Positions 61,576 through 64,000 of a stretch of DNA of 64,000 nucleotides are shown piece by piece. The translations under genes and the position numbers were made by a program. Location: positions 19,608,188 to 19,672,187 of the forward strand of contig NC_069003.1 of the NCBI RefSeq assembly GCF_001194135.2. The letters run 5' to 3'. Origin of the DNA: Octopus bimaculoides. Its lineage: Eukaryota. The notes beneath the pieces were generated by a model. That model did no database searches and was not told the DNA's origin. It was given only the letters and a program-made list of their open reading frames with translations. Positions within the stretch are counted from its first letter, which is position 1. Each line of letters begins with the position of its first letter.

Positions 61576-63298
61576 CATCATCATCATCGTCATCGTCAAA
61601 CATCTGTTTTCCTTGCTGGAGGGGGTTGGATGGTTTGACTGAGGTCTGGGGAGCCAGCGGCTGCACCAGGCACCAATCTGATCTGGCAATATTTCTACAG
61701 CTGGATGCCCTTTCTAATGCCAACCAGTCTGAGAGTGTAGTGGGTGCTTTCTATGTGCTACCGGCACAGGAGCCAGTCAGGCAGGCCTGGCATTGATCAT
61801 GTTCGGATAGTGCTTTCTATATGCCACTGACACAGGGGCCAGTCAGCGGGTATTGGCATCAGCCACATTTGGTTGGTGCTTTTTATGTGCCACCTGCACG
61901 AGAGCCAGTCAGGGGGCACTGGCCACAGCTACGATATTGGTATTACTTGACTCAAAAGGTTTTCTCAAGCATATCATATCGCATGACGCATCAAGGGTAC
62001 ACTTAACTGGCCCAGACATGCATGGCTGCAATCTCACTTTAGTTGCCAAGTCTTCTCAATCACAGCATATCTCCAAAGGTCTCGGTCTCCTATCATTGCC
62101 TCTATGAGGCCCAATGTTCGAAGGTCAGGTTTTCACTACCTCATCCCATGTCTTCCTGAGTCTACCTCTTCCACAGGTTCCTTCCACACTTAGGGAGTGG
62201 CACTTCCTTATGTAGCTGTCCTCATCCATACATAATACATGACCATACCAGCACAGTCATTTCTCTTACACACCACATTTGATGCTTCTTATGCCCAACT
62301 TTTCTCTCAGGGTGGTTACACTCTGTTGCGTATGCACACTGACATTACACATCCAGCGGATCATACTAGCTTCATTTCTTTCAAGCCTACACATGTCCTC
62401 AGCAGTCATGGCCCATGTTTCATTACTGTGTAGCATGGCAGTTCGCACACATGCATCATACAGTCTGCCTTTCATCCTGAGCGAGAGGCCTTTAGTTGCC
62501 AGCAGAGGTAGGAGCTCCCTGAACTTTGCCCAGGCTATTCTTATTCTAGCTGCTACATTCTCAGAGCAACCACCCCCACTACAAACTTGGTCACCTAAGT
62601 AGCAGAAGCTATTAGCTACTTCTAGTTTCTCTCCCTGGCATGTGATCGAATCTGTTTTCTGTACATCTTCAGTGTTTATTCACCCAGTGCATCTGCCACA
62701 CCAAAAAACTATCTTCCTGGTTAGCCTTCCTTTGATATTGCTGCGACTTTTATGTGTCTGTAGCTTATACTGGGTACATCATATAGAGTTTCTACCCATG
62801 CCTTTTCTATTGAACAGGGCCATCTACCTGAAGGGGATTGTGGTTTGACAGCCTTCCTACTTACTAAGACTTTGCTTCTTGCTAGGTTGACCCTAAGACC
62901 CTTTGATTCTAGACCTTGCTTCCACACCCTAAACTTCATCTCTAGTTCTGGCAGTGATTCAGCTATTAGGGCTAGGTCGTCAGCATAGAGGAGCTCCCAG
63001 GGACAGCCTGTCTTGAATTCCTCTGTTATTGCCTGGAGGACTATAATTAATAAGAGGGGGCTGAGGACTAATCCTTGGTGGACCCCTACTTCAACTCAGA
63101 ATTCTTCATTGTACTTGTTGATACCTCTATAGTTATTTGTATTTAAAGCATCACCTTTATCCTTGTAGCAGTTGACTATGGTGCTGCTACACCAGTCATT
63201 GGGTATGACTCCTTTGTGAACCACCTGATTTACAATGTGTGTGACAAGACCATAACCCACAATGCCTGATATTTTAAGCTTCTCAGTGAGTGCTGGCT
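61576..63298 (-). mobile_element. 5'-truncated, internally deleted RTE-clade LINE
   Basis: Minus strand reads IPNDWCSSTIVNCYKDKGDALNTNNYRGI, GVHQGLVLSPLLLIIVLQAITEEFKTGCPWELLYADDLALI, LESKGLRVNLARSKV, FCYLGDQ and MKGRLYDACVRTAMLHSNETW, followed by a 3' UTR and (GAT)n tail. Confidence 0.92.
61744..61940. repeat. Three 66-bp tandem units in the RTE 3' UTR
   Basis: The motif gtgcttt.tat.tgc.acc.gcac..gagccagtcag starts at 61744, 61810 and 61876. Confidence 0.8.
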
Positions 63299-64000
63299 AT
63301 AATTTCTATAGAAAATCTATAGAGATAACCTAAGCAAAACAGAAAGAGTAAGAAAAAACAGCCCCACTGTGTTTAAGTGTGGGGAGTATGTATAAAATGC
63401 ACATACAACATACATACCCACACACTTGTTTTTACATATATTTCAAATGCCTGTACTATTATTACAATATATAGTTAGTTCTATATAGACACATCATGAC
63501 CAAAAGGTTAAGTTTGCTTTACAATCATGAGGTCCGAGGTTCAATCCTAATCTGTGGCATTTTGAGAGCAAAACTGAATTGATGGAAATTGTGTGGAAGC
63601 CTGTCAGACGGATTGTGCTTCTGATTCAAAGGCTCAGCTGTATCACACTGATTCTCTCTGGCAATTATATTATCAGTACACATATTTGTAGAATACTCAG
63701 CCATTTCAATAATTCAAAGAATATGTAGCAGAGTTGCTTGAATTGAATACTCATGTAGTCTCCAGTGTGGAACACCTCTCCTACCCAAAATATCAATGAA
63801 CTGGGAGTTGTCCAAAGATGAGCAACCTGACAAATACACTGTGGCCATCAACAACACTGCATCAACACACATAGGCCCACAAGATTACCCATCATCTTTC
63901 CAATAACCTGTTTACTACATGCAATACTTGTGTCTAAAGCTTCTTGAAAATAATAATCCTTCTTTGGCAACATAATTATCTAATCTGGTCATAATTTATT

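Overview
AT-rich, microsatellite-dense eukaryotic DNA with 8 N-gaps. The SINE/LINE content looks coleoid cephalopod, probably Octopus; this is inferred from recalled repeat families. The window lies inside one large minus-strand gene of the MPDZ/PATJ (MUPP1/INADL) multi-PDZ polarity scaffold family. Four phase-compatible GT-AG exons (51313-50942, 34582-34459, 17747-17656, 7985-7850) encode the C-terminal half of PDZ2, a ~95-aa linker and all of PDZ3. The introns between them are 16.4, 16.7 and 9.7 kb. The introns hold several tRNA-derived SINE families, RTE, Dong/R4 and Penelope-like retroelements, two solo LTRs, and mariner, hAT, piggyBac-MITE and Helitron-like remnants. The most interesting item is a TSD-bounded Penelope insertion whose terminal repeat joins a tRNA-like Pol III module to a minimal, dimer-type hammerhead ribozyme. 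Also notable are two candidate unannotated frame-compatible mini-exons that would remodel PDZ3, a PHD-like finger inside an RTE reverse transcriptase, and a local templated duplication. Nearly all ORF-track entries are microsatellite or gap artefacts. No CRISPR arrays, rRNA or genuine tRNA genes were found. Repeat family names come from recalled motifs, not database searches.
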